Source of the DNA: Nemertoderma westbladi
Taxonomy: Eukaryota > Animalia > Xenacoelomorpha
Direction of reading: 5' to 3'
Assembly (NCBI GenBank): GCA_032718475.1
Contig: JAUCBJ010008093.1
Span: 3,258-67,257, forward strand
Length of the DNA stretch: 64,000 bases
Under the pieces are notes generated by a model. That model was not told where the DNA came from and did not search any database. It saw only the letters and a list, made by a program, of their open reading frames with translations. Of this stretch, positions 1 to 10,607 are shown piece after piece. Numbering within the stretch: position 1 is the first letter of the stretch; each line of letters starts with the position of its first letter. The position numbers were made by a program, and so were the translations under genes.

Positions 1-3000
1 CTTTTACGACTCGCGGACGAAATAAAGAACGCTATAGGGACTTTACGGTCCATTGGACAACTCGAGTACGCAAACGCACCGACGGTTCTCATTCGAATAA
101 TCGGTCGACTTCATCATCGACTACGACGAGAATGGCGACGCATCGAGTACCAGCGCGAAGAGGCCGGAGGGTTATTAAAACTCACCGATGTCTATCAACT
201 TATTTCACGGGAGGCCGTGATCGAGACTCGATCGAACTATACCGATCACCATATCGCGGCGGAAGGGATAACTGTTTCTGCGCCGAATCGGACTAAACCG
301 TTTCCGACGAACGCGAAAGCCGTTACTTACGCCACCCCTACTGAGACTTCTAAAGTTCTGACGCCTATCGGCACCACGCAGCCACGACAACAGTTGCCGG
401 CGGACTTTGTGGGATGCTCATACTGCGAGCGGAACGGCAGAAACCATAGCGGACATAAACTACGTGCATGTCGCGCTTTTAAAGAGTTAGGGATCGAGGA
501 AAGGAGACTCCAAATCCGATCTCTAGATTCCTGTTGGAGATGTATGAAGCCAGGACACGTCCGGAAGGATTGCCCGAGCGACGATACATGTTCTTTGTGT
601 GGACGTAACCATGACGCGTTGCTTCACACGACCAGTCATACTCCGACCCGACGCTTTCGACGAGAGCATCCAGATAAAGCGGCTAGATGCGACGCGCTTT
701 ATAAGGAGCGTGCGCCGCGCGAGATCCGTACCTTTTATACCGACTGTATGGATCAGTCAGGATCATCGGACGAAGACGAGGAGGAAGACGACACTTTCTA
801 CGTGCATGCAGGTGAGGAACAACCTTCGATAACGCTCCTCACACAGAACCAATTGAAAGGGTTTAGCGTGATTCCTATAAAGATTACCGGAACCCGAGGG
901 AGCAAGCGTATATACGCCATCTTAGACTCTGCGTCATCGCATAGCTATGTCGACGAACAAGTAGCCGACGTAGTTACGGACTTGAGTCAAGGTAAGACTG
1001 CTCAGTATACTGTAAGCAGCATGCATGGTAAGAGAGCGATTCCTGTGACGAGAGTAAAACTAACTTTAGACACTCTTCTTTCCAAAGCGGAACACAGCAA
1101 GGAGGAGCGCTCATTACTTCCGGTAAGAAATTTGACCTTTGCAGCTACGAAGGACTTTAGTAACTTGCTCGGCCCTGTGCCAGAGCAATCACCGGAAGAT
1201 CGTAAGTATTTCCGACACCTTGGAATACCGGAATGTCCTGTTAATTATCGTTCTATTGCGATGTTAATTGGGACAGACCAGTTTAACTTACATCAGGTAT
1301 GGGAGACACGCCCATCTGTTATTACAGCGGGCAACCCCTACGCATGTAGAACTCCCATAGGTTGGTATACTAGAGCACCAATACGTTCACTAGAGGTAAG
1401 TGACCAGGAGGACGACGTTTTGAGTACGTGTAGTTTATTGACTAACACGATAGATAATTCTCCTTCACACTCCCGTGGTCCAATTGTACGGACGGCACTA
1501 CGACAGACTTGCGTCACTAACGCAGACGCCACCGATACTGACGTAACCGATCTGGACACGACCATACGGACCTCTGACTTACAACTACTTGCAGTAGACC
1601 AGGTTGTATTGACTACTGAAGACCTGAGGGTTGTTGCCGTGGATGACTCGATGAACGAGGATTTTGGAAGGCTTGCGAGCCTACCGAAAAATCCGAAGGT
1701 CATTGACCCCACCCACCAGGCTTCGACACCGGTCGTTGATCTTGGAAGGCTTGCGAGCCTACCGATAGATCAAGAGGTTGTCAAACCGCCGCACGACAAT
1801 TCGACGCTGACTAGTGACACCGGAAGGCTTGCGAGCCTACCAGACACATTGACACTAGCCACCGCAGCGGACGAAGACGTGGACGAGGACCATGGCGCAG
1901 TGCAAGCAGCGCTTGACCGACTGCTGACTGAACGGACCATACAATGGTTGGAACAGGACTCAGCAGAACCCGGTAGTTACGAGACCGCTATGTCAGAACA
2001 GGAAAAACGGTCATTAAATATTATGAGAGATACCATTCGCCAGACCGCGAATGGCCACTATGAGGTTGGTATGTTGTGGCGCAATGGACAACCTAAGCTC
2101 GTTAACAATTACCCGCTTGCTTTGAGGCGACTCAAATCAATAAGGCAGCGATTGTTGCGAGACGAGACGGCCCATATGCAATACAACACACAACTTCAGA
2201 CGTATCTCCAAAAGGGATACGCCATTAGGATGTTAAATCCTGAGGTAACTACAGACCAGACATATTACCTGCCACATCATTTTGTTCGACACCCGGACAA
2301 ACCTGGCAAGGTGCGTGTAGTCAACGACTGCGCCGCGCTTTACCAAGAGATGTCTATGAATAGCGAACTGATGGACGGGCCGAATATGAATAATTACCTC
2401 ATGGGAGTCCTAATGCGTTTTAGACAACGCAAAGTGGCTTTCACCTGTGACGTAGAGGCCATGTTTCACCAGGTTAAGGCTTTGGAGCGGGACAGGGACA
2501 GTTTGAGGTTTCTTTGGTATCCAGACGGAAACTTACAACTTCCGCCAGAAACTTACCAAATGCAGGTAAGAGTATTCGGAGCCAGGGACAGCCCCAACTG
2601 CACCATGTACGCCTTGAAGCAGACAGCATTAGACAGACGAGACCAATTTGACCCAGAAGTAGTTCGGACCGTGGAACGAGATTTCTACGTGGATGACGGC
2701 CTCAAGAGTTGTGACACCTTGGAGCGCGCTACGACCGTAGCACACCAACTCCAGGATTGTCTCGCTGAGGGCGGATTTCACCTGACGAAGTTCGCTTCCA
2801 ACGAACCCGAACTGGTGAACTCATTTGACCCGATGGATCGTAGCGGAGGTGACTTGGACTTAGACTTAGAACCTCTGCCGACGACCAAAGTATTAGGACT
2901 TAGTTGGGACCCTAACACCGACAATTTTAGGGTACGTGTAAGGTCCAACGACCAGACTAGACCTCTCACTAAGAGGACTTGCTTATCGACCATGAGTCGA

Positions 3001-6000
3001 TTGTATGACCCATTGTGTTTCATTAGTCCAGTGATCCTACATGCCAGGATCATACTCCGCAGCATTTGGCAAGCCGGACTGGAATGGGACGATCCCATCC
3101 CAGAAAAGTTAGCTGAGCGATGGAGGGACTGGGAAGCCCAACTGACGTTCCTACAAGACTATACCATACCGAGGGTATACTTTCCTTTGCAAACCACCTT
3201 TCCTGCCGATTTAGAGCTTCACAGCTTTAGTGACGCTAGCAAGGATGGATTGGGGGTTACCTTATACCTTAGACGACAAGTGACATCGGACAGCTACGAT
3301 GTATCTCTCGTTACTTCAAAGGCTAGAACAATGCCATTGAAGTATATGACTGTACCTCGTGGGGAGCTGCAAGCCGGGACGATATCCACCAATATTGTCA
3401 GTCTAGTTCAACGCGAGCTGGAGGCTAACTTGAAGGTCACATATTGGACGGATGCGACGTTGGTACTTTGGTACATAAACAACGAAACATTCGAGTTCAA
3501 GACTTTCGTAGCCAACAGACGGGCTGAAATACTAGACCGGTCGCTCAAACAAGATTGGCGTCACTGTCCAGGGAAGCTGAACCCAGCTGACATCGCGTCA
3601 CGGGGGATGCAACCACTTGACTTTTGTAAACCGGACAATAAATCCTTTTGGTTTAGAGGACCCGATTTCCTACAGCGACCATCAGACGAATGGCCACCGT
3701 TATTCGACGCGACAACCAACACCATACCAGAGGGTGCCGAGATAAAACTCGACAAGGTTGTCAAGTCTAAAGCGAAAGCCAACGCCAAGGTCAAGAGGAA
3801 AAAAGGACGGACGAAATCTGATGACCTGGACGCCAGACCTGACATTACGCCAGACGTCTCGCCAGACACTCGACCAGACGCTTGTACGAATCCTTCGCCG
3901 GATGTTCCGCGGGAGAATTCACCAGACGTTTCGCCGGATTGTTCACCAGATTACTCGCCAGATTATTCACCAGAAGAGACACCAGATTGTTCTCCGGATT
4001 GTTCGCCAGATTGTTTGATGGAACTCTCGACAGAATGTCTACCGGACGTCTCACCAGACTTTTCACCAGACATCTCGACCGACTGTCCACCAGACTTTGA
4101 ACCAGACTTTCTGACAGAAGTTATGCTAGACAGACTTTGGGACCGACGACCGGACATTTCGCCGGATGTTCCGCGCTATGTCTCACCAGACGTCTCACCA
4201 GACTGTTCACCAGACGCTTCACCAGACTGTCTACTAGACACTCCATTAGAAGACCCATTGGAGCGGACGTTTAGAGACTTACCAAATTTGACTTCTTTGG
4301 ACGACAGAGTTGTGGCCACAGGGATTACACTCCGCTCGAAGAAGGTACTTGACTTACCTACAGGTAAAGTGGTGACTAAGGTTAGGAAGCTTACAGGCTC
4401 ACAGGAACACACTGACGCTGTAGAGTTGAAACCATTACTGCCAGTCGACACATTAGGTGCGGACGGTAAAGGTAAGACCGTAGAGATTGACGTACTTGGG
4501 GACTCAGACAAACCTACCGGAAGGCCCGTGGGCCTACCAAGTCCAGACAAGTATCCACACTACGACTACACCTTACCCGATGACGTCACCAACACTTACG
4601 TTGACAGGATAGTGAACCTAACTAGATCATGGACTGACGCGTGCCGCAAGTTAGCATGGCTCAAACGATTGAGACAATATGCCAGAGGCAAACGCGACTT
4701 TCCTAGAAGACTTACCTTAAAGGAAATTGAACACTGTGAAGTTGATATCATTAGACATTATCAATTGCGATATTTCGCACGCGAATTCACAGCGATCAAA
4801 CAAGGTAAACAGATTAAGTCTTCACCGATTTTGAGTTGGAGTCCGATTATTTACCGGGGCTTACTTTGTCACAAGTCCAGACTCCAAAACATCGACTTTG
4901 CACTTGACTTTAGGTATCCTATCATCATACCGCAACACCATGAGTTACAGCGCGCTATGATACTGGACGCACATGTACAACTCAAACACGTAGGTAGACA
5001 CCACTGTCTATCACACTTACGCTCGAGGTTTGTACTGATTAGACCTAGTAAGGCACTGAGTTCAGTAACACGGAACTGTATTATTTGTAAGAAGGTGCAC
5101 GCGAGGATAGGACACCAAGAAATGAGTGAACTACCACTAGCTAGATTACAGGCGTTTAGACCCCCTTTCACTGAGACAGGGATAGACTGTTTTGGACCCA
5201 TAATCGCGAAACGCGGAAGGGTACAGGTAAAACGTTGGGGATTGATCTTCACTTGCATGGCCAGCAGAGCTGTCCATATAGAGCGAGTGACAGACTTGTC
5301 CACCAATGCCTTTATCCTAGCCTTACGGCGATTTATCGCTAGACGTGGATTGGTCAAATCCATATACTGCGACCAAGGGACAAACTTTGTGGGTGCACGG
5401 AACGAGATAACCAGAGCTTTGAGAAAATTGGACCAAAACCAGATTTCCGAGGAACTACGTCCTCACCGTATTGTTTGGTTTTTCAACACTCCAGACAGTC
5501 CGTGGAGAGGCGGCGTTTGGGAAAGGCTGATTGGCTCAATAAAGACAGCTATGGCTAAAGTAGTACCGACGCAACACATCTTGACAGACGACCAACTGAC
5601 GACGTTACTAATAGAAATCGAAGCAATCTTAAATACCAGACCGATCGCTTTGATCCCAGACAATAACGACGTACGGTTTGCCTTGACACCAGCGCACCTG
5701 CTTATGCAGGCGCCGACGACATTGTTGCCCATTTCGGTACCCGTTGATAGTGACGGATACGGCAACAAGGCTTGGAAAATCACTCAATTACTTGCAAATA
5801 AATTCTGGGAAATATGGCAGAAATATTATTTGCCCTCTATTTCGACCAGAACCTCTTGGTATCTAAATACCCGATGTTTAAGACGTGGTGACCATGTTTT
5901 ATTGGCTGAAGCTAATCTGAAAAGACGGTTTTGGCTGACTGGAGTCATTTTGACCACGCACCCTACATCTGGTGTAGTGAGGACAGTTACTGTACGGACT

Positions 6001-6105
6001 ATCGACGGACGTACCGTAGATAGGCCTGTACAACGTCTCGTACTCCTTGAGGAGACTAGAAACGAGACGGGAGACTACAAATCTCCACCCAATATTAGTA
6101 AATAG
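1..6105 (+). CDS. BEL/Pao LTR retrotransposon Gag-Pol polyprotein (element 1), 5'-truncated by the window edge
   Basis: The frame of ORF 217..6105 is open back to base 1 (LLRLADEIKNAIGTL...). It has three Gag Zn knuckles (CSYC..H..C, CWRC..GH..C, CSLC..H), protease LDSAS, RT (GPNM, DVEAMF, FYVDD), Pao RNase H (HSFSDAS, YWTD, NPADIASRG) and integrase (GIDCFGP, DQGTNF, GGVWERL). The order PR-RT-RH-IN and the motifs are BEL/Pao type. Confidence 0.96.
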   Translation, partial: LLRLADEIKNAIGTLRSIGQLEYANAPTVLIRIIGRLHHRLRREWRRIEYQREEAGGLLKLTDVYQLISREAVIETRSNYTDHHIAAEGITVSAPNRTKPFPTNAKAVTYATPTETSKVLTPIGTTQPRQQLPADFVGCSYCERNGRNHSGHKLRACRAFKELGIEERRLQIRSLDSCWRCMKPGHVRKDCPSDDTCSLCGRNHDALLHTTSHTPTRRFRREHPDKAARCDALYKERAPREIRTFYTDCMDQSGSSDEDEEEDDTFYVHAGEEQPSITLLTQNQLKGFSVIPIKITGTRGSKRIYAILDSASSHSYVDEQVADVVTDLSQGKTAQYTVSSMHGKRAIPVTRVKLTLDTLLSKAEHSKEERSLLPVRNLTFAATKDFSNLLGPVPEQSPEDRKYFRHLGIPECPVNYRSIAMLIGTDQFNLHQVWETRPSVITAGNPYACRTPIGWYTRAPIRSLEVSDQEDDVLSTCSLLTNTIDNSPSHSRGPIVRTALRQTCVTNADATDTDVTDLDTTIRTSDLQLLAVDQVVLTTEDLRVVAVDDSMNEDFGRLASLPKNPKVIDPTHQASTPVVDLGRLASLPIDQEVVKPPHDNSTLTSDTGRLASLPDTLTLATAADEDVDEDHGAVQAALDRLLTERTIQWLEQDSAEPGSYETAMSEQEKRSLNIMRDTIRQTANGHYEVGMLWRNGQPKLVNNYPLALRRLKSIRQRLLRDETAHMQYNTQLQTYLQKGYAIRMLNPEVTTDQTYYLPHHFVRHPDKPGKVRVVNDCAALYQEMSMNSELMDGPNMNNYLMGVLMRFRQRKVAFTCDVEAMFHQVKALERDRDSLRFLWYPDGNLQLPPETYQMQVRVFGARDSPNCTMYALKQTALDRRDQFDPEVVRTVERDFYVDDGLKSCDTLERATTVAHQLQDCLAEGGFHLTKFASNEPELVNSFDPMDRSGGDLDLDLEPLPTTKVLGLSWDPNTDNFRVRVRSNDQTRPLTKRTCLSTMSRLYDPLCFISPVILHARIILRSIWQAGLEWDDPIPEKLAERWRDWEAQLTFLQDYTIPRVYFPLQTTFPADLELHSFSDASKDGLGVTLYLRRQVTSDSYDVSLVTSKARTMPLKYMTVPRGELQAGTISTNIVSLVQRELEANLKVTYWTDATLVLWYINNETFEFKTFVANRRAEILDRSLKQDWRHCPGKLNPADIASRGMQPLDFCKPDNKSFWFRGPDFLQRPSDEWPPLFDATTNTIPEGAEIKLDKVVKSKAKANAKVKRKKGRTKSDDLDARPDITPDVSPDTRPDACTNPSPDVPRENSPDVSPDCSPDYSPDYSPEETPDCSPDCSPDCLMELSTECLPDVSPDFSPDISTDCPPDFEPDFLTEVMLDRLWDRRPDISPDVPRYVSPDVSPDCSPDASPDCLLDTPLEDPLERTFRDLPNLTSLDDRVVATGITLRSKKVLDLPTGKVVTKVRKLTGSQEHTDAVELKPLLPVDTLGADGKGKTVEIDVLGDSDKPTGRPVGLPSPDKYPHYDYTLPDDVTNTYVDRIVNLTRSWTDACRKLAWLKRLRQYARGKRDFPRRLTLKEIEHCEVDIIRHYQLRYFAREFTAIKQGKQIKSSPILSWSPIIYRGLLCHKSRLQNIDFALDFRYPIIIPQHHELQRAMILDAHVQLKHVGRHHCLSHLRSRFVLIRPSKALSSVTRNCIICKKVHARIGHQEMSELPLARLQAFRPPFTETGIDCFGPIIAKRGRVQVKRWGLIFTCMASRAVHIERVTDLSTNAFILALRRFIARRGLVKSIYCDQGTNFVGARNEITRALRKLDQNQISEELRPHRIVWFFNTPDSPWRGGVWERLIGSIKTAMAKVVPTQHILTDDQLTTLLIEIEAILNTRPIALIPDNNDVRFALTPAHLLMQAPTTLLPISVPVDSDGYGNKAWKITQLLANKFWEIWQKYYLPSISTRTSWYLNTRCLRRGDHVLLAEANLKRRFWLTGVILTTHPTSGVVRTVTVRTIDGRTVDRPVQRLVLLEETRNETGDYKSPPNISK
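1666..1841 (+). repeat. Three copies of 20-nt hairpin GGAAGGCTTGCGAGCCTACC at 78-nt spacing (encodes GRLASLP)
   Basis: Exact copies start at 1666, 1744 and 1822; further exact copies start at 6457 and 7388, downstream of the pol stop. Confidence 0.9.
3835..4235 (+). repeat. 12-nt coding tandem repeat (PDxS/PDCS tetrapeptides) between RNase H and integrase
   Basis: Translation reads PDITPDVSPD...SPDCSPDCSPDCL...; degenerate 12-mers such as CCAGATTGTTCT. Confidence 0.9.
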
Positions 6106-6887
6106 ATGTGGGACCTTCGTTGGCCGCCACATAGACCTACTGTATTTTAGTTATTTGTATTTGTATTACTGTACGTGCATTTGAAATCCTCTTCACTGTA
6201 GATAGAGACAGCGGTGGAATTCCATTGTCTTTATACGTGAACATGGAGGGTAGTACCCTTATGTATCACATAGGAGCGGGATTGTGTGTACAGTAGGAAT
6301 GGAATTCCACTTGGAACCCACAAGTGAGACAATTTTCAAAAATTATTAGACAAATCCATTTAGTTGGATTTAAATTTAAGAAAAACGATTCTCCAGTGAA
6401 AGCAAATTCTAGAATACAGCTAGAAAAAATTAAAATTGGGGAGGACAAGAGCGGATGGAAGGCTTGCGAGCCTACCGATAAATTTTTTTTTGGAAAAGAA
6501 AATCGGCCTTGTTCTACGTAGTCGTGTCTACTATTATTTTGACCAATTAATTCTCAACTGCACTATTTTTCTTGGGAAACGTAGTTTGGGAAATTAAAAG
6601 GTGAGTATTTTAGACTCGCGGCTAGTTTACCCGGAATTCGTTTTTTATCGGCACATTTTGGATTAGGAGCCAGTGCGAAATCACGCGAACCCGAAGTCAT
6701 TAGGCAAATGGGTTGGGGTTTAGAGCAAAGTTGAGCCAAAAGCCGACAAAAGTCTCCTCACATCTAACCTCTGTTTGTGCTTCCTCTAGTAGAAACACTA
6801 TTATCAGGAATCCACGCAGGAATAGGAGCACCAGGCGCCGTTCAACCGATATGGGGCCAAAACTTTAACCTGTTTGGAGTGGAGAGT

Positions 6888-7494
6888 ATGGCTAGGAGTA
6901 CAGCCAAGCTTGCTAAATCCAAGGCGGATCCAAACGTCACGCGACAGCGATTGGACGCTTATAACAAACAGCGGAGGAGTTACGCGCGGAGTTCAAAGCG
7001 TTGTACCCCTACGATGCGTTATGCGACGCCAGCGACGTTTGCAAGAACCCCGAGCTGATATTAGCGCGTTGCCCAAACCACCAAAGTCTGCGTTACCAAG
7101 AAGGCGGTCGTTTCATCTCCCGTCGTCCCCTTTCCTAGCGTTTTGGAACCACCGACAACTCGACGCCGAAGTCCGAGCCCAGTTCGACCTCGACCACCAC
7201 CCAATCGTATTAGAGGACGTGGACGAGCCCGGTCGGCCAAGGAATAGGAAAGCGAGAAGAAAGGATATTATATTCAGATATTATATTTGGATGTTATATT
7301 GGATAATATTGGATATTTTATATTTGGATATTATTATATTTGGGTATTTATATCGGACGTTGGGTTTGGAAGGACGAGATATGGAAAGGAAGGCTTGCGA
7401 GCCTACCGTTAGCAATTGGTGCTCAGGAGAAGACATCCAGACCAGTAGGACGAACCTTTCAGATCGTCAGGAGAACACTTTAAGACTTATTTGA
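6888..7494 (+). other. Possible frameshifted accessory ORF (basic, Arg/Lys-rich) in the 3' region of element 1
   Basis: GC-richer island. ATG at 6888 (MARSTAKLAKSKADPNVTRQRLDAYNKQRR...) appears to continue, after a frame change near 7050, into ORF 6874..7494 (ADISALPKPPK...HPIVLEDVDEPGRPRNRKARRK). A donor-like AAG/GTGAGT lies at 6601. Confidence 0.35.
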
Positions 7495-8020
7495 AGTTAT
7501 TAGCGCATATGTTTATATTATATTTGGACAGATTTAATTTGGTGAAGGTTTATTATGTATATTTACAATATATAAAGATTTATCGAAAGAGTTTGATTTA
7601 TTTGCTCGATTTGTTTGGTTTATTTGTTCTGATTTGTTTAATTTGCTTACCTTGATAACCGAAAGCCTTTTTTTGTATTTTAGGCACTAAAGTTAATTCG
7701 TAAATTTGTATTTGTATGAACGATCGATTGTATTTACGCCGTATCTGCAATATTAAGTATGCAATAGTTAGATAGTGATTATATTTTATATTTTAGGCCC
7801 TACCAGTAAATTTAGAAATAGTTTGTAGATATTTTATATTTTGATTGGTGAAAACAGTCTTACTTACTGTTTTCATGGAGCGGTGATGAATTATTTCACT
7901 ATAAGGTAGCATTTGTAGTTTAACTTTAACGTAAAAACTTTTGAAAATCCGACGTATTTTGATTAAGTTACAGTAATGTAATATGCCTATTCATATTTGT
8001 ACACATAAAACCCTTAGGTA

Positions 8021-8096
8021 CTCTCGTGGCGTAGTGGTCAGATGGTTAAGGCGTTGGTTACATTACGTAGGTTACGAGTTCGAATCCCAGTCGGGA
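8021..8096 (+). promoter_or_regulatory. tRNA-derived sequence with Pol III A and B boxes inside the LTR
   Basis: A-box TGGCGTAGTGG (8027-8037) and B-box GAGTTCGAATCC (8076-8087). The anticodon arm does not fold cleanly, so it is not a functional tRNA gene. Confidence 0.6.
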
Positions 8097-8144
8097 AATT
8101 TGTATTTTGGGGCCATTTATTTTCGTGTGGTGCTAATTGGTAGG

Positions 8145-8389
8145 CCAATGAGAAGCGTACAGCGTAGCGAATAATGAGCCAGGCCAATCATAGGGCATAA
8201 ATTATCTTATTGCTCAAATGTGAGGCAGTGGAAAATTCTGTTAGGATTCCATGTCCCAGATTAGTGTAAGGGCCGGACTGCGTTGAACGATGAGCTGGGC
8301 CAATCATAGAGCACGAAGCACTTCATTGCTCAATGGTGAAGCTGTGGAAAATTCTGTTTAGTTTCCATGTGCAATTTCTAGTATAAAAA
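8145..8389 (+). promoter_or_regulatory. Putative LTR U3 promoter (three CCAAT boxes plus TATA)
   Basis: GCCAAT at about 8144, 8183 and 8299; TATAAAAA at 8382-8389. Confidence 0.5.
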
Positions 8390-10146
8390 GGCCGGTTTGC
8401 CTTCGGTTACCACCTTATACTTCGTTACCCCTTTTCTCCACCTTATAGTTTATTCTTGTAAATTTAGTTAATTTCGGTTTCTTGTTGAAACTTATTTTGA
8501 TAAATCCTTTTGTAAAACTGTAAATATACTGCAATTTCCTGACATGTTTTCTTTTGGTCCGACTTCGGGACAGCCGAACACCAGGGAGATGGCAGCCTAG
8601 ACCGTTAGGCCGTAAGCAACGCAGGGAAGGGATGTCCACAACACGCTAGCGCCCACATTGGATCGACCGCACCCCCTTTGCCCTTCGAAATACTCCACTT
8701 GCTATGCAGCGCCCGCTTTGTGAGAAGGTAAGACTTTGTTCGACGCCCTTGCCCGCCGTAAGACCTATAGATCAGGGTAAGCGTGACACCGCACTGGACG
8801 CCGCAAATTTAGGATCAAATAATTATATCCAGACAACCCCCCCTTTCTTGTCAGTCCTACGAACCCCTGGGTTAACCTGTACTTCCTACAGGTGCGAACT
8901 ATTGCCATTCGTCAGTACGCGAGTACATATTAGGTACGGACAGCATATGTTCCATAATTTAGTGATTCGTAGCACTGACTGTTTGGTACCGGTTCGCTTT
9001 GTAGAACGTACATTAGTACCCCCCCCCCCTGTCTGGAGTTAGCTATTTGATCAGGCAAGGAGCATTTCTGCTACCGGCACACTGCTTGGCCTAGGGAGGT
9101 TTATTAATATCCTACCGCGCCTTGCCACGTACTGATAGGTATTGCTGCTAACTACCGCAGCAACAAAGTTCTAGAATTAAATTAGTATACCAGATCAGCT
9201 AACGTACGGTAGCGATTAACCCCTATTCTTATCTTACAACCAGAATCTGGTATTAGTGCCGATCACGGGTGTAGTTACTAACACTGTGGTTGCCCATTGG
9301 GTTGTGGATAGGAAGGAGAGAGCTTTGACGTCATTCGTGAGTATAAAGTTCTACAAACGCGACTAGTTTATTTTAGTAGCTAGCGCACGGTATCATTTTA
9401 GTCAGAAAATCACTAAAACCTAGTAAAAGGAATTACACGAAATTGTTTTATTTTTAACACACCCACACACACGCCCTAAAACATACCGCCCTTAAAGTTC
9501 TACTAGCTATAGCGTACTATACATTACTTTAGGTGGAAATTATTTGTATTTGTAAAATTAGGATCTGATTTGATTGCGGCAAGATAAGGAGTATTTCACT
9601 TTCGTTATTAAACTGTTGTTTGTCTGGACAACGGTATTGTTACATTTAGGCCTGACCCTTTAGACTGATTTCGTACAGGGGGATCAGTTATCGTTACATT
9701 TAGGTACGACCCCTTTTCGACTGATTTAGGACTGTCAGTGTTGTTACGCTAGGTCTGTTAACCCACTAGCTCGTATATAAACCATATAAATCACACCGCG
9801 GCAAGTTACTGTATTTAGGACTGTCAGTGATAGTTAGGATTCGCTGCGCGGGGATTGTTTTCCCGTGAGTTTGGTCTGTTACGGTAACTGTACATCTGCC
9901 TCACCGGTTAGAGGACAGGTATCCTTCTGTCTAGTACGTAGGCATTAGACCCGCTCACGTACATAGAATAGATACAAGGCTCTGTTCCTCGCCAGTAGTC
10001 GTTTGTGTACTATATCTGTTTGTTTAGATATCCTGGACTGGGATTTGTTGTCAGATACTGTACAAGCCCGTATACATTACTAGAGTCTCATAGTAAGATA
10101 CATCGTTACTAGGATCTGGTAAGCGGTATACTACTGGACCCTTACA

Positions 10147-10607
10147 ATAACTATCAGGCGAAATTTTGTGAAAATAATTCTGCACTGCTAGGTGGCGCTG
10201 CAAATTTATGCCAAATTTTTAGGTTTGTTATAAATAGTATTAAATTTTATTTACAGATAATTTCGAAAAGTTGTCTGATACTTTTATGCAGGGTGGCTAT
10301 GTAGACAACCACAGAAAGTTTCAGACTAATTCCTCAAAAGATGTAGAAGTAGTTGGGTTTTGAAGTTAACAATTTCATAAAAAAAATATTTTGAGATAAT
10401 CGACCTTTCATTATACATAGTAATAGTAATTTCAATTGGAATCCCTAAATGGAAATTGTTATAACTTAAAAACTAAAAGAGCTATTAAATAGCGGTTTTC
10501 AGATTTAGAAACACCATTCAATGGTGCATTATAATAGATCATTAAAAAAAATTGACATATTTTTGACCAAAATGGTGTACCCCCCCCCCCCCCCCCCCCC
10601 CCCTTAA
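10147..10607. mobile_element. Truncated TTAA-flanked MITE (Kolobok-like), right end only
   Basis: Ends GTAC(C)n-TTAA like the complete element at 51594-52468 and shares internal motifs with it (GCTAGG..GCT.CAAATT; AGCGGTTTTCAGATTT). Confidence 0.5.

Larger units (their letters stand above)
1..10146 (+). mobile_element. BEL/Pao LTR retrotransposon element 1 (3' part including 3' LTR)
   Basis: Gag-pol, then a ~1.8-kb 3' region, a PPT-like GGAGCGG at 7877-7883, and an LTR-like region. Likely end is ...CCCTTACA at 10146, where a truncated MITE resumes; an alternative end is ...CACAACA at 8643. Confidence 0.75.
7884..10146 (+). repeat. 3' LTR of element 1 (3' end uncertain: 8643 or 10146)
   Basis: Starts TG right after GGAGCGG, the same PPT/TG junction seen in element B. 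Contains duplicated CCAAT-containing blocks (about 8180-8370) and TATAAAA at 8382. Confidence 0.6.

Noticed and set aside
8021-8096. Functional tRNA gene
   Set aside because: The A/B boxes are present but the acceptor and anticodon stems do not pair properly; kept only as tRNA-derived.
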